Assembly: GCA_965216875.1 (NCBI GenBank)
Contig: OZ244207.1
Location: 3,328,001 to 3,392,000 of the forward strand
Reading direction: 5' to 3'
DNA from: Rubripirellula sp.
Lineage (GTDB): Bacteria > Planctomycetota > Planctomycetia > Pirellulales > Pirellulaceae
Length of the DNA: 64,000 bases
The notes beneath the pieces were generated by a model. The model searched no databases, was not told where the DNA came from, and worked only from the letters and a program-made list of their open reading frames with translations. Below, one piece after another: positions 1 through 9,900 of the stretch; position 1 is the stretch's first letter; each line of letters starts with the position of its first letter. The translations under genes and the position numbers were made by a program.

Positions 1-848
1 AACAGCGACTCGCAGTAACGACGGTAGAGGTAGTCGAGACCATTGTTGCTGTGATACGAAAAATCGATTCCATGCCAACTGTTGCGTTGATCTCGAACCC
101 AACGCGGGGCATCATTCTCGGCCGTGATCTCTTTTCCGCGCGGCAAGAAAGTCAAATCCGCGTCTTTGTAGCGATCCGCATGTCGCTTTGCCGGTGTGAA
201 ATTCGAGTGGACGGCTTTGTGTGAAAGGTACAGAAAGAAAGGTTCGTCGCTCTCTTTTTGTGTCTCCAGCCAATCGACCGCATAGTCGGTCAATTCGTCG
301 GTGATGTATCCCTTTTGCTTCACTCGCTCGCCGTTCACGTTCAACGTGTAACGAGGTCCCGGCGGAAGGTAGTTGCCTTGACCGCGGAAGCTGACCCAAT
401 GGTCAAAGCCGGGACGGGGGTCATCGTGATGGCCGCCCATATGCCACTTGCCGATGAACGCTGTCGAGTAGCCCGCCTTTTTCAGGTACTGAGGAAAGAA
501 GACCGTTCCGTCTGGAACCAACCGGTTGTTGTCGATCACACGATGCTTGTGCGTGTAAAGCCCGGTCAAGATCGACGCTCGACTGGGCGAACAAAGCGAC
601 GTGGTCACAAACGCATTCTTCAAATGCACGCCATTGGAAGCGAGCGAATCGAGGTGAGGCGTTTCAAGAAAGGGGTGCCCAGCAAACCCCATCGCGTCAT
701 AACGATGATCGTCTGTCAGGATGAAAACGACATTGCGTGGCTTGACGCCGTCGCGTTTGGAGGTCGCCGGAAGAGGCTGGCTCATCGCTTCAGAAGCAAA
801 ACATGCTAGAAGCGCAAAGGAAAGGAAAAGGGACAATTCCCGCTGCAT
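1..848 (-). CDS. Sulfatase, exported; 3' part runs off the left edge of the window
   Basis: Not in the ORF track because it is open-ended. Manual minus-strand reading gives ATG at 848 with GGAGA upstream, then RNVVFILTDDHRYDAMGFAGHPFLETPHLD...TTSLCSPSRASILTG...GKWHMG, which includes the formylglycine CxPxR motif. Confidence 0.9.
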   Translation of the reverse strand, partial: MQRELSLFLSFALLACFASEAMSQPLPATSKRDGVKPRNVVFILTDDHRYDAMGFAGHPFLETPHLDSLASNGVHLKNAFVTTSLCSPSRASILTGLYTHKHRVIDNNRLVPDGTVFFPQYLKKAGYSTAFIGKWHMGGHHDDPRPGFDHWVSFRGQGNYLPPGPRYTLNVNGERVKQKGYITDELTDYAVDWLETQKESDEPFFLYLSHKAVHSNFTPAKRHADRYKDADLTFLPRGKEITAENDAPRWVRDQRNSWHGIDFSYHSNNGLDYLYRRYCESL

Positions 849-1030
849 CGAATGGTCTCCGCAAGGTGAGGGTGTGTGGTGGTCGCGGCACGCACAAGAG
901 ACCGTTCGCAGCAGCGGTCTTACACGAGCTTTTTCGCTGATCGAACCAACAAGTTCGACCGCAAGCATCCTAACTCAACCCACACCAAAAAGCGACGCGG
1001 GGAATGGCCACTCCGCTCACCTCGTTGCCC

Positions 1031-1060
1031 CTCGTCCCCACGGTCCCCGTGGGAACGCAC
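1031..1060. repeat. REP-like palindrome (ctcgtccccacggtccccgtgggaacgcac)
   Basis: Intergenic hairpin cccacgg/ccgtggg; single copy in this window. Confidence 0.55.
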
Positions 1061-1086
1061 TCTTGGCCGCTCCGCGGCTCTGCCAC

Positions 1087-1114
1087 TGAGCCGCGATCGC
1101 GAAAGCGGCCGGGC
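1087..1114 (+). repeat. REP-like palindrome family B, copy 1 (TGAGCCGCGATCGCG-nnn-GCGGCCGGGC)
   Basis: A near-identical copy lies in reverse orientation at 33231-33258. Confidence 0.65.
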
Positions 1115-1230
1115 CTTGGTTTTCTTTTTGCAAAACAACGCGGCTCAAGAAAAACCGGCACGAGCACGGCGGATTGGAGTTGCGGTGCCGTGAGGTGAAT
1201 CGTCGGCTCAGGCTAACGCGTGTTTCAAAA

Positions 1231-1343
1231 ATCACCCTCCCGCTTGCGGGAGGGTCGGACGCAAAGTCCGGGGAGGGAATGATTCTCTTGAAACAGACCC
1301 TCTCCGGGCCTTAGAGCCCGACTCTCCCAAGGGAGAGTGTTAT
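1231..1343 (+). repeat. ~110 bp composite palindromic intergenic repeat family A, copy 1
   Basis: atcaccctcccgcttgcgggagggtcggacgcaaagtccggggaggga...ccctctccgggccttagagcccgactctcccaagggagagtgtta; copies at 5722-5828 (+) and 44591-44703 (-). Confidence 0.9.
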
Positions 1344-1376
1344 CGTGCGCAGCAACGGTGTCATGCACAGCATGAC

Positions 1377-1805
1377 CTACTCGTATTGGCGGGGTCCGAG
1401 AGACACCGATTCGGTGTCCCCGTTCTCGAGTTTGAATTGGATTTGCGGATCCGACTCGACTTCGATCAGTTCTTCCGAGCTCAACTCTTCGACCACTTTC
1501 CGTCGGGTCAATTCGATGTCCAAGAACTCGATCGCGATCTTCGCCACGCCTGCCGAGACCACGAGCGTCACACCAATGATTCGAACGGCGGGAATGGGCA
1601 AGAAGATGACACGTTTGCCGATTTCCCAAGAGATGATCTGAAAGCCGCGCAGCACGACTGCGGTCTCTTCGAGCGATTCCGTCTCGATCCCCTCCGCGGC
1701 CCCTTCGACCGCATCGGACACATCGCTCTTGGAGCACCCCACGGCGACAGGCACACTGATCGCAGCAGCGGACAACAACATATTTCGACGATTCATCCGT
1801 TTCAT
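1377..1805 (-). CDS. Hypothetical protein, probable Tat-exported lipoprotein
   Basis: MKRMNRRNMLLSAAAISVPVAVGC has a twin-arginine motif and a lipobox-like VAVG-C. Start moved to M43 of the track ORF. Confidence 0.6.
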   Translation of the reverse strand: MKRMNRRNMLLSAAAISVPVAVGCSKSDVSDAVEGAAEGIETESLEETAVVLRGFQIISWEIGKRVIFLPIPAVRIIGVTLVVSAGVAKIAIEFLDIELTRRKVVEELSSEELIEVESDPQIQFKLENGDTESVSLGPRQYE

Positions 1806-2022
1806 GGTCTTTCGGACTCGCTCGAGTTCTACTTTCTTCATCCGCGAAACAAGCGAAGCGTTGTTCCGGCATCCTGGTTGTGCGGAGAACGTCCTTGTGC
1901 GGAGAACGTTTCCAACATCCACCAAGGCCAAGATGGTAAAAAGTTTGGGCGCGCCGATCCAGATTGAACCGCTTGCTTGTGATAACCATCACGAGCGGCA
2001 TTGCCACCACGGAGATTTCAAC

Positions 2023-3522
2023 ATGTTGATCCGCCTTTATGCGAGTTTGGTCGTCGTGGGCTGCGTCGGATTCATCCCCGCCGCCTCCGCCGAAGAGTCA
2101 TCCGCCACCCAAGAATCAAAGTCCAAACGGCCCAACATTGTTTGGATCGTTGGTGAGAATTTCGATTTGGATTTCGGTTGCTATGGCGCCGAGAACGTTG
2201 CCACGCCCAACGTCGACTCTCTCGCGGCTGATGGTGTGCGTTACACCAATGTCTTTTCAACATCGCCCGTTTGCGCCCCAAGTCGGTCGGCTTTTTTTGT
2301 CGGCATGTATGCGACCACCACCGACACACATCACATGCGTTCTCATCGCGAGGATGACTATCGTTTGCCCGATGGTGTGCGGCCCATCACGCATCGACTG
2401 CAAGAAGTTGGCTACCAAACCGTGAACCTCACGCACATCGGCGACAAGGTGGTTGGCACAGGCAAGCTCGATTTGAATTTTGTGAACGAGGGCGAGCTAT
2501 ACCAAAAGAAAACTTGGGCCGAGATCGACACAAAGCGTCCATTCTTTGTTCAGGTCAACATGCCCGAGGCGGAGTATGACATTTACGATCGCAAGTCGTC
2601 TGAAAAGAAACGTGTACCTTGGGTCGGCGAAGAGTGGCACCCTAAGGTTGCCACTGCTGAAAACGTAACGCCGCCACCCTATTACCCGGACCACCCAACC
2701 GTCCGAGAGGAATGGGCTCGCTACCTCAATTCTGCGAGCGGCATGGATGTGAGGATCGGTTGGATCCTTGAGCAGCTCAAGAAGGATGGCGTCTTCGACG
2801 ATACGGTCATCATCTTCTTTGGTGACAATGGTCGCCTCGAAGCCCGCGGCATCCATTGGTGCTTTGACAGCGGTCTGCACGTGCCAATGGTCATTCGATG
2901 GCCCGAACGTTTTGAAGTTCCCCATCACTTCAAGCCTGGGTCCGTTGACGAGCGAGTGATCTCGTTGATCGACCTCACCGCCACAACGCTTGCGATCGCC
3001 GGGATACGGATCCCACACTCGATGCAGGGACGACCGTTCTTGGGCAACGAGGTCGGCCCCGACCGCACCTATGCCTTCAGCGCTCGTGATCGGATCGACG
3101 AAACCGTGGTGCGTCAACGGTCGGTGCGTGGCAAACGTTTTCACTACGTTCGCAATTTCACTCCCGGTGCCGGATTCGGGACGCTGAATCGGTACAAAGA
3201 AAAGTGCTTTCTGGTCAAGCCACTGATGAGAAACTTGCAAGCCGAGGGCAAGCTTTCGGGGCCGCCACTGGAGCTGATGAAGCCCTTTGCGGCCGAGCAA
3301 CTTTTTGACACTCAAAGCGATCCGTTCGAGATCAATAACCTCGCCGATTCGAAGGATCCAACTCATCAACAGGCGCTTCGCGACATGCGTGCGGCCCTGA
3401 ACACTTGGATGATCGAGACGGGTGACCGAGGCCATATCGCCGAACCGCCCGACGTCGTCGCTCCCTTCCTGAAGGAGATGCACGATTGGTTTGGCACCCC
3501 CGACTGGGCCGCCGCTCCTTGA
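2023..3522 (+). CDS. Sulfatase family protein, exported
   Basis: GGAGA RBS before ATG 2023, signal peptide, RPNIVWI, CAPSRSAFFVG, GDNG, EQLFDTQSDPFEINNLA. Confidence 0.92.
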   Translation: MLIRLYASLVVVGCVGFIPAASAEESSATQESKSKRPNIVWIVGENFDLDFGCYGAENVATPNVDSLAADGVRYTNVFSTSPVCAPSRSAFFVGMYATTTDTHHMRSHREDDYRLPDGVRPITHRLQEVGYQTVNLTHIGDKVVGTGKLDLNFVNEGELYQKKTWAEIDTKRPFFVQVNMPEAEYDIYDRKSSEKKRVPWVGEEWHPKVATAENVTPPPYYPDHPTVREEWARYLNSASGMDVRIGWILEQLKKDGVFDDTVIIFFGDNGRLEARGIHWCFDSGLHVPMVIRWPERFEVPHHFKPGSVDERVISLIDLTATTLAIAGIRIPHSMQGRPFLGNEVGPDRTYAFSARDRIDETVVRQRSVRGKRFHYVRNFTPGAGFGTLNRYKEKCFLVKPLMRNLQAEGKLSGPPLELMKPFAAEQLFDTQSDPFEINNLADSKDPTHQQALRDMRAALNTWMIETGDRGHIAEPPDVVAPFLKEMHDWFGTPDWAAAP

Positions 3523-3754
3523 ATCAAACCGCGAACCCACGGCCTGATTCTGCCCTCTTTTTTGCCGGATTCACCGCTGTTTTGTGAATCCAAAATGAAT
3601 CGTTGGTGCGCCGGTAGGACCGATTCGAGGCTCGGTTTATACTGTGAATTGGTGGCTCGGGCATCCCGATCGAGGACAGTCACTCATCGAAGGCGGCCGA
3701 AAGCCCGCTGCCGCGTCCACCACAATCCTTTTCCGGCGAACCAGGAGGTTTTGC

Positions 3755-4498
3755 ATGAGCCAGTACGGCGCCTTCAGTGATGATTTCTATCTGAACATGA
3801 ATCTGTCGACCGAGATGGAGCTACCCCAGGGTCGCGAATCGGTCCTGCATTTCTTTGAACAGATCCGGCGCCGCTACCCGAAAATGCAAAACTTCTACTC
3901 GCGAGACAAAGGCGAGTTCGTCCTCGAAGAAGAGAAAGATGCCGGCGCCTACCGCTGGGCATCCTGCGAAGCCAAACGGGTCAATAGCGGCGTCGTCAAT
4001 CCAGACTCGTTCGAGAGTGCCGCCGAGCAGCATCGTTCGATCCTGGAGATGGTGCCTTACGAACTGTCGATCAGCCCGCTCGATTGCGAGTCGGTAAGTG
4101 TGATGTTGGGGTTCGATTTTGCCTATCGTGGCAACCACAACGAAATCCTTGCCGAAGCCATTGGAATCGCACCAGGACTCGAACGTTTCTCACAGGTCCC
4201 CTACGGCAAACTTCTGTCACACGAGCCTGCGATTCAGTTTGCGCTCGACGAGGAATGTCGGACTCAGTGCCGGGTCAGCTTTGAATCACGCACCAATGCG
4301 TACCAGGTACGCACTGGCGAATACGGCGAAGACCAGTTGAGTGTTTATTTGACCGTCCGGCGGTTTGACAGTCTTGGGGTTGGTGAAACGTTTATCGGTG
4401 AGTTCGATCGACTCGCTGCCCTCTGTCGTGACCTTGTCGACGAGTACTTGGTTGGCAGCGTGCTACGTCCGCTGCAACAAGCGATCTCGCTGCGTTAG
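3755..4498 (+). CDS. Conserved hypothetical cytoplasmic protein
   Basis: AGGAGG RBS before ATG 3755; well-formed 247 aa ORF (MSQYGAFSDDFYLNMNL...). Confidence 0.8.
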   Translation: MSQYGAFSDDFYLNMNLSTEMELPQGRESVLHFFEQIRRRYPKMQNFYSRDKGEFVLEEEKDAGAYRWASCEAKRVNSGVVNPDSFESAAEQHRSILEMVPYELSISPLDCESVSVMLGFDFAYRGNHNEILAEAIGIAPGLERFSQVPYGKLLSHEPAIQFALDEECRTQCRVSFESRTNAYQVRTGEYGEDQLSVYLTVRRFDSLGVGETFIGEFDRLAALCRDLVDEYLVGSVLRPLQQAISLR

Positions 4499-4541
4499 GC
4501 GACGGTCGCAACAAACCCATCCCCCAAACGCAGGTTCGCTC

Positions 4542-5702
4542 GTGTGGGACGCGTCGCTGATCGGTTTCTCGATCCTAAGTGCAGTGATGTCCGCCAGTCT
4601 TGGCGTCGCGTTTGTCTACACGTTGCGACTGGTCGGACAGGTCTCTGTCGAACCGCTCCACGATGTCGGACCCGATGAGGGCCCGCAAGGAAAGGTAAGC
4701 GTCGTCATCCCGGCGCGCAACGAAGCCCTCGATATCGAAGCCTCGGTGCGAAGCGTTCTCGCGATGGAACACGTGGACCTGGAAGTGATCGTCGTCAACG
4801 ATCATTCAGAAGACGAAACAGGTACGATCCTCGACGCAATTGCGGCGGAAGATTCACGTTTGACCGTCGTTCATAACCCGCAGCTACGAGAAGGATGGCT
4901 CGGCAAACCAAACGCGATGGATGCGGGTGTCGCTCATGCCCACGGCGAGACGATTCTCTTTTCCGATGCCGATGTGCTGCATCACAGGTCGGAACTGGCA
5001 ACCGCACTCGATGTGATGCACCGCGAACAGCTAGACATGCTGAGCCTTTGTCCGCGTTTCCACTGTGACTCGCTTTTCGAGAACGTGGTCCTTCCGCATC
5101 TGTTCATCGCCGGAACCGTCCAATTCTGCCTGCAAGCGATCAACTCCCCCACTTCGCCGCACGGAGCGGCCGCAGGAGCATTCATTCTCCTGTCGCGTCA
5201 AAAGCTTGACGAGCTGGGCGGAATCCATGCGATTCGAAACGAATTCCTTGACGATGTTGCGATCGCTCACGAAGTCAAACGCAGGGGTGGCACAGCACGA
5301 TTACACTTTGCCCCCGAGCTTTCCGATGTGCGCCTGTTCAAAGGCAACCATCATGCAATCTGGGGGCTGACCAAAAACATCTTGGGCGCCGTCGACCACA
5401 TCGTGATGGCGATCCCTGCGATGTTCTTGCCGCTGGTGGTCTACTGGATACCACTGATTTGCTTCGGCATCGGACTGGCCAAAGGGTCCTTGCCGATGAC
5501 GATCGCCGGCGCCACGGCCTATGCAATTCAATGCCTGCTCTTGATTCCTGTCGCAAGGTACGTCCGCTTCAACCCCATGGTTGCGGTTCTATTTCCACTC
5601 GGCATCATTCCAGTGATGTGCAGCTTTTCCGCAGCACTCTACCACCGAGTGGTCAGCGGCTCGGTTGCCTGGCGCGGCCGAGTGATCCCGGTCACGTCTT
5701 AG
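4542..5702 (+). CDS. Membrane glycosyltransferase family 2 (HpnB/CrtQ-like)
   Basis: VSVVIPARNE, VVNDHSED, GWLGKPNA, FSDADV and C-terminal TM helices. Start uncertain (GTG 4542 assumed). Confidence 0.85.
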   Translation: MWDASLIGFSILSAVMSASLGVAFVYTLRLVGQVSVEPLHDVGPDEGPQGKVSVVIPARNEALDIEASVRSVLAMEHVDLEVIVVNDHSEDETGTILDAIAAEDSRLTVVHNPQLREGWLGKPNAMDAGVAHAHGETILFSDADVLHHRSELATALDVMHREQLDMLSLCPRFHCDSLFENVVLPHLFIAGTVQFCLQAINSPTSPHGAAAGAFILLSRQKLDELGGIHAIRNEFLDDVAIAHEVKRRGGTARLHFAPELSDVRLFKGNHHAIWGLTKNILGAVDHIVMAIPAMFLPLVVYWIPLICFGIGLAKGSLPMTIAGATAYAIQCLLLIPVARYVRFNPMVAVLFPLGIIPVMCSFSAALYHRVVSGSVAWRGRVIPVTS

Positions 5703-5721
5703 CGTCCCCCTACGTCCCCGC

Positions 5722-5828
5722 AATCACTCTCCCGCTTGCGGGAGGGTCGGACGTAAAGTCCGGGGAGGGAAAAATCCAAACAGCCCTCTCCGGGCCTTAG
5801 AGCCCGACTCTCCCAAGGGAGAGTGTTA
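5722..5828 (+). repeat. Repeat family A, copy 2
   Basis: Near-identical to 1231-1343; lies between convergent genes. Confidence 0.9.
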
Positions 5829-5880
5829 AATGGCCGAGTGGTCTAGCTCGTCGGATAGGCTGTTCCGCCGAAAGGCTGCA

Positions 5881-6792
5881 CTACGAACGGTACTTGCCAA
5901 CTGCCGTCACGGTCACTTCGCAAGTCACCTCGTTCGGATTGTCTGCCATCACCTCGAAGTCGCCAGTGTCGGGATCGGCTTTCGGTTCCTCGCCAACTGA
6001 GTTCCCGTAATAGTCGGGCTCGGCAGAGAGGACATCAAATGAACTCGATACCGGTCGCGTGAATTCGAGCTGCGTCTTCGTGACGTCGCCGATCGTCTTG
6101 ATCTTTGCCTTGGTGTCACGAAAAGCCGACGCGATGGCATCACGGTAATCCGCCGCGGGCACAATCGCCATAAAGGTGAATGTCGGGTCACCTACCTTCG
6201 TTGTTTCCTCACCGTAGCTGTACTCACTCATCATCGCTTCCATCTCGACAGCCAACTCTTCCTGAGCGGCCGAGACAGGTTGCTTGTCCGCGCTGCTGGC
6301 AACATCGCGTTTACGTATCTTTTCTGTTAGCGATTTCGTTTCAACGATTCGTTGCAGGTCATCATCACCCGGCAGCGGCCATCTCGCGGTCAGTGTTTGA
6401 AGAATCGACACGCTACGCGTTTGCTCGAGCATCTGTTTGCCCCGTTCGCCACCGCCATATTGCTGCATCATCATTTGCATACGCTGGGCCTCTTCCTGAG
6501 AACTGGTCCCCGAAAGCGTCGGCTTGCCCAGTTCGATGCTCTCGGCAATCGCCTCGAGTTCGACCAAGCGTTGCTTCGCGATATCGATACGTCGCTTCAG
6601 TTCTTCTGCGGCTTGCGGCAACTCGCTGCTACGTCCTTCGATCTGAACAGTCATCACGAGGAATTTCGGTGTCGCTTTGATTGCTGAGGTGGCCGTCGCA
6701 TAAACGCCATCGCTACCCGACCGACCCTCGTACTGTGCCGACGCCACCGACACGGCGCTGATCAGTAGCACCACAAACGCAATGATTCTCAT
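5881..6792 (-). CDS. Exported hypothetical protein, possibly SIMPL/DUF541-like
   Basis: Clear signal peptide (MRIIAFVVLLISAVSVASA). The beta-strand/helix pattern and C-terminal VTCEVTVTA resemble SIMPL proteins; this assignment is weak. Confidence 0.65.
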   Translation of the reverse strand: MRIIAFVVLLISAVSVASAQYEGRSGSDGVYATATSAIKATPKFLVMTVQIEGRSSELPQAAEELKRRIDIAKQRLVELEAIAESIELGKPTLSGTSSQEEAQRMQMMMQQYGGGERGKQMLEQTRSVSILQTLTARWPLPGDDDLQRIVETKSLTEKIRKRDVASSADKQPVSAAQEELAVEMEAMMSEYSYGEETTKVGDPTFTFMAIVPAADYRDAIASAFRDTKAKIKTIGDVTKTQLEFTRPVSSSFDVLSAEPDYYGNSVGEEPKADPDTGDFEVMADNPNEVTCEVTVTAVGKYRS

Positions 6793-6984
6793 CTCTCATC
6801 CTGTTGAAGTAAGCCAAATGAAGTTGATAAGTCTCGATCGTCGCGAATCGAAGATTCCTTCGGACGAATGTCCCAATCAAGATGCGTGCCCCGGATAGTG
6901 GCCCGGAACGTGTCTTGCGATCAAGCCCTGAAAAGTCCTGCCTCATGACGCGCTAAAGCAACGCGTTGGCAACGTTCTCGCAAG

Positions 6985-9900
6985 TCAGGTGAGTTGTTCC
7001 ATTCCAACATCTTTGCGTATCCGTTTGCGCAGCGCGAGTGCCTTGGGGCCAGTCATGATGCGTATTTTCCAGTAGAACTCTTTGATGTAGTAGTTGTCGC
7101 GCAATTGCGGATAGATCTCTTCGAGAATCGAAACATCCTCGTCGTGGTTGCGTGCGGCGATTGCCATCACCAACAAATCCGTTGTTCCCGACAGGTAGCG
7201 GCTGAACCCTTCCGATTGCGCTTGATCGAGAAGCGGGCCAAGGTCAACCGATTCGCCCATCACGACAAGCGCATAGGTCGCGAGGGCAACAATCTCCTCT
7301 TCTTCACTATCCAACAGCGGAAGAAGATGCTCGCGAGTGACATGGGGTGTGATTCGGGCGATCGTCAATCGACCACTGGCATACACGTCCTCTTGCAGAC
7401 CTGAAACGTCCAAGTGGCCCACCTCGGTCGAGGAGACTCCTTCCTGCCCTTGCGTGATGTAGCTCAGCGCGACCGGACGCAGCACATCGTCATCGAGAAA
7501 CTTCACCGCCAATGCTGAAGCTTCCGGAGCTTTCCGAGCCGACATGGCGAATCGCGCCCAGTCTCGTCGCAGCGGCGCCGAAAGAGACGCATCGGCGTAA
7601 TCATCACGGACCACATCGACGACTTTCGCCGGGTCAATCTCGGAAAGGACGGAGAGACCGACCATCAACGCAGCCGATGGCTCAAGCGATTTGAGATCTT
7701 CGGACAAGCTCTCCGCAACCACATCGTAGCTCTGCCCGTCTTGTTGCATGAAATACTCGGATCCGGTTGCCACCATCATCAAGTTCGTGCGCAACTGCCA
7801 TCCATGATCAAATGCGTCGATATCGATTTGCTTGAGCGAATTCCAGAATGCTTGGTGTGACACGGTCGGGTCGTACTTCCGCGACTCTTGCAATATTCGC
7901 GGCAGCAAGTCCGCGGCTTCCGGCGTCGCCCCAATCAACTGCAACAGTTCCCGGCGTGTTTTGGGATCAAGCCATTTGTACACGTTGGTGATCTGTTTGC
8001 GTGATGCCGATTCGGATGCGACGTCAAGAATCTCTTTTGCCGATGCCGTTCCGCCCAGTCGCAAAACGGCCATCATGACGTCGAATTCAGCTTCACCACC
8101 CTTGGCCGCCAGCTCCTCAAGCGGTTGCCGCAATCCTTCGAGCCACGATTCAATGTCATCCGGTCGCTCTCGCCAACGTGCCAGCCAGTCATCGTATTTA
8201 CGCGTTGCTTCGAGCTGGCGGTTGTTGGTCGGTTCGCCCGACTCTTGAACTGCCTGTGGCGGTGCGTCGCCCTGAAAGGGATCCTCCATCAGTTCGACAA
8301 TCTCCGTCGGATCCGCGTCAACTTGGATGGGGACATCACCACCGAAAAGATTGCCGAGAGCCTGAAGAATACCGCCCTGTTGAACTGCGTCTTGGCCATC
8401 GGGCTTGGCTTGAACGTTAGGAGTTACGGGAACGGTTTCCTGGGTCGGCTCGACAAACGGGTCGTCCTCTGTCACCGCAACGCCTTGCTGATCGAGGCCG
8501 GTTGCATCAACAACCTGGAAGGGCGAGTTATCTTCTTCCGAAGCCTCCACGGCAGGTACGCCACCTTCCTCAATCACTTGAAGCATGGTTTCGATGTCTG
8601 CCTCGGCGGGAATTGCAGCGGGTGCAGCAAACAGATCCTCAATCGCCGCATCAAACTCGGCCGGTCCCATTTCCAAGTTGGACGGTGGACTTACCCCCAC
8701 CTTCACACCGATTCCGCCAGAGCGGATCACGGGCACGGCAGCCCTTCCCGGTACAGGGCGTGCCGATCCGCTGGACGTTGGCACACCAAACGGCGAATCA
8801 TATCCGAACCCAAGCTGATAGACATTTTCCGTAGGAGGCGTGGGCGGAACAGGTGCCAAACGGGAATGATTAGCATCCAGCCATGACGAAAGCGCACGTG
8901 CAGCGGAGACCTTTACTTTCGGATCACCATCAAGCACGCCGCGGCGGATGAAGTCTTTGCGGTCCTTGGTCGAGAATCGAGTCATCGCTTCGAGGGCAAA
9001 GATGCGATCGGCCGCAACCTCCGATTCGAATCGTTTCACCAAGAATTCGCGCGCGTCACGTTTCCCTTCCGAGTAGGTCAGCCGCGGCAGAATCTCAGCA
9101 CGAATGTTCGGGTTCTTCCAGGCAACTTCGAGTAACTTCGAAAACGACTCTTTCTGGTCGCCGGCAACGACCGCGGGAACAATCTTGCTGAGAACAAAAC
9201 TGTCATCGTCTTCGAGAAGGTTCCGAGCCGCCTCTTTGAGATCAACAGGGAACGCCACTTTTTTCACGCCACCAACACTTGGCGCACTCTTCGCTGCTTC
9301 AGTGATTCGATGTGAAATTGCCTCGGCAACCGCGGCTCGCACCTGCCAATCGGAATCCGAAGAAAGCCGTTTCAATGCGGCATGCGATTGTTCGAGATTG
9401 CTGTTGAGTTCCTTCAAAAGCCGCACGTAGTAGACCAACAGTCCCGAATCGGTTTCTTTCAATGCATGCTGGCTGACTGGCTTGACCAACGACGCCTTGG
9501 GGTTGTCAAGCCAAAGCTTCAGTACCGCAGCTCGAACGTTCTTGTCGGGATCATCAAGCAGCCGGGTCAATCGCGTTGTGTCACCACCGCCAGCGTTTTG
9601 TAGCCCACGCAAAGCCAACTCACGAACGAGCGGGTCGCTGTGTCCGAATAGCGTCTCCAACAGCGGCAAGTCTTCCGAGCGTGCTTGATCGGCGAGCTGC
9701 TTGGCAGCAGTGCGCCGCTCGTCGGCGTCCATCGATGCAAGGGAGTCGGTTGCCTCCGGCAGGCGAATCGCAAGCGTTGGCGCAGAGACCAAGCGGTACA
9801 AAACGGAAGCGAGTCGCTGGCGCGCCGTGTCCGTCGTCTCCGTTTCAAGTCGCTTGTCGACCGATGGTTGTAGTTCTTTGCCGGCCATCCCGAGCGACTC

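Noticed and set aside
258..809. 183 aa plus-strand ORF
   Set aside because: Antisense shadow of the minus-strand sulfatase at 1-848, which has the real motifs.
5830..5880. tggccgagtggtctag resembles a tRNA D-arm
   Set aside because: No anticodon arm, TTC-containing T-arm or acceptor stem follows.
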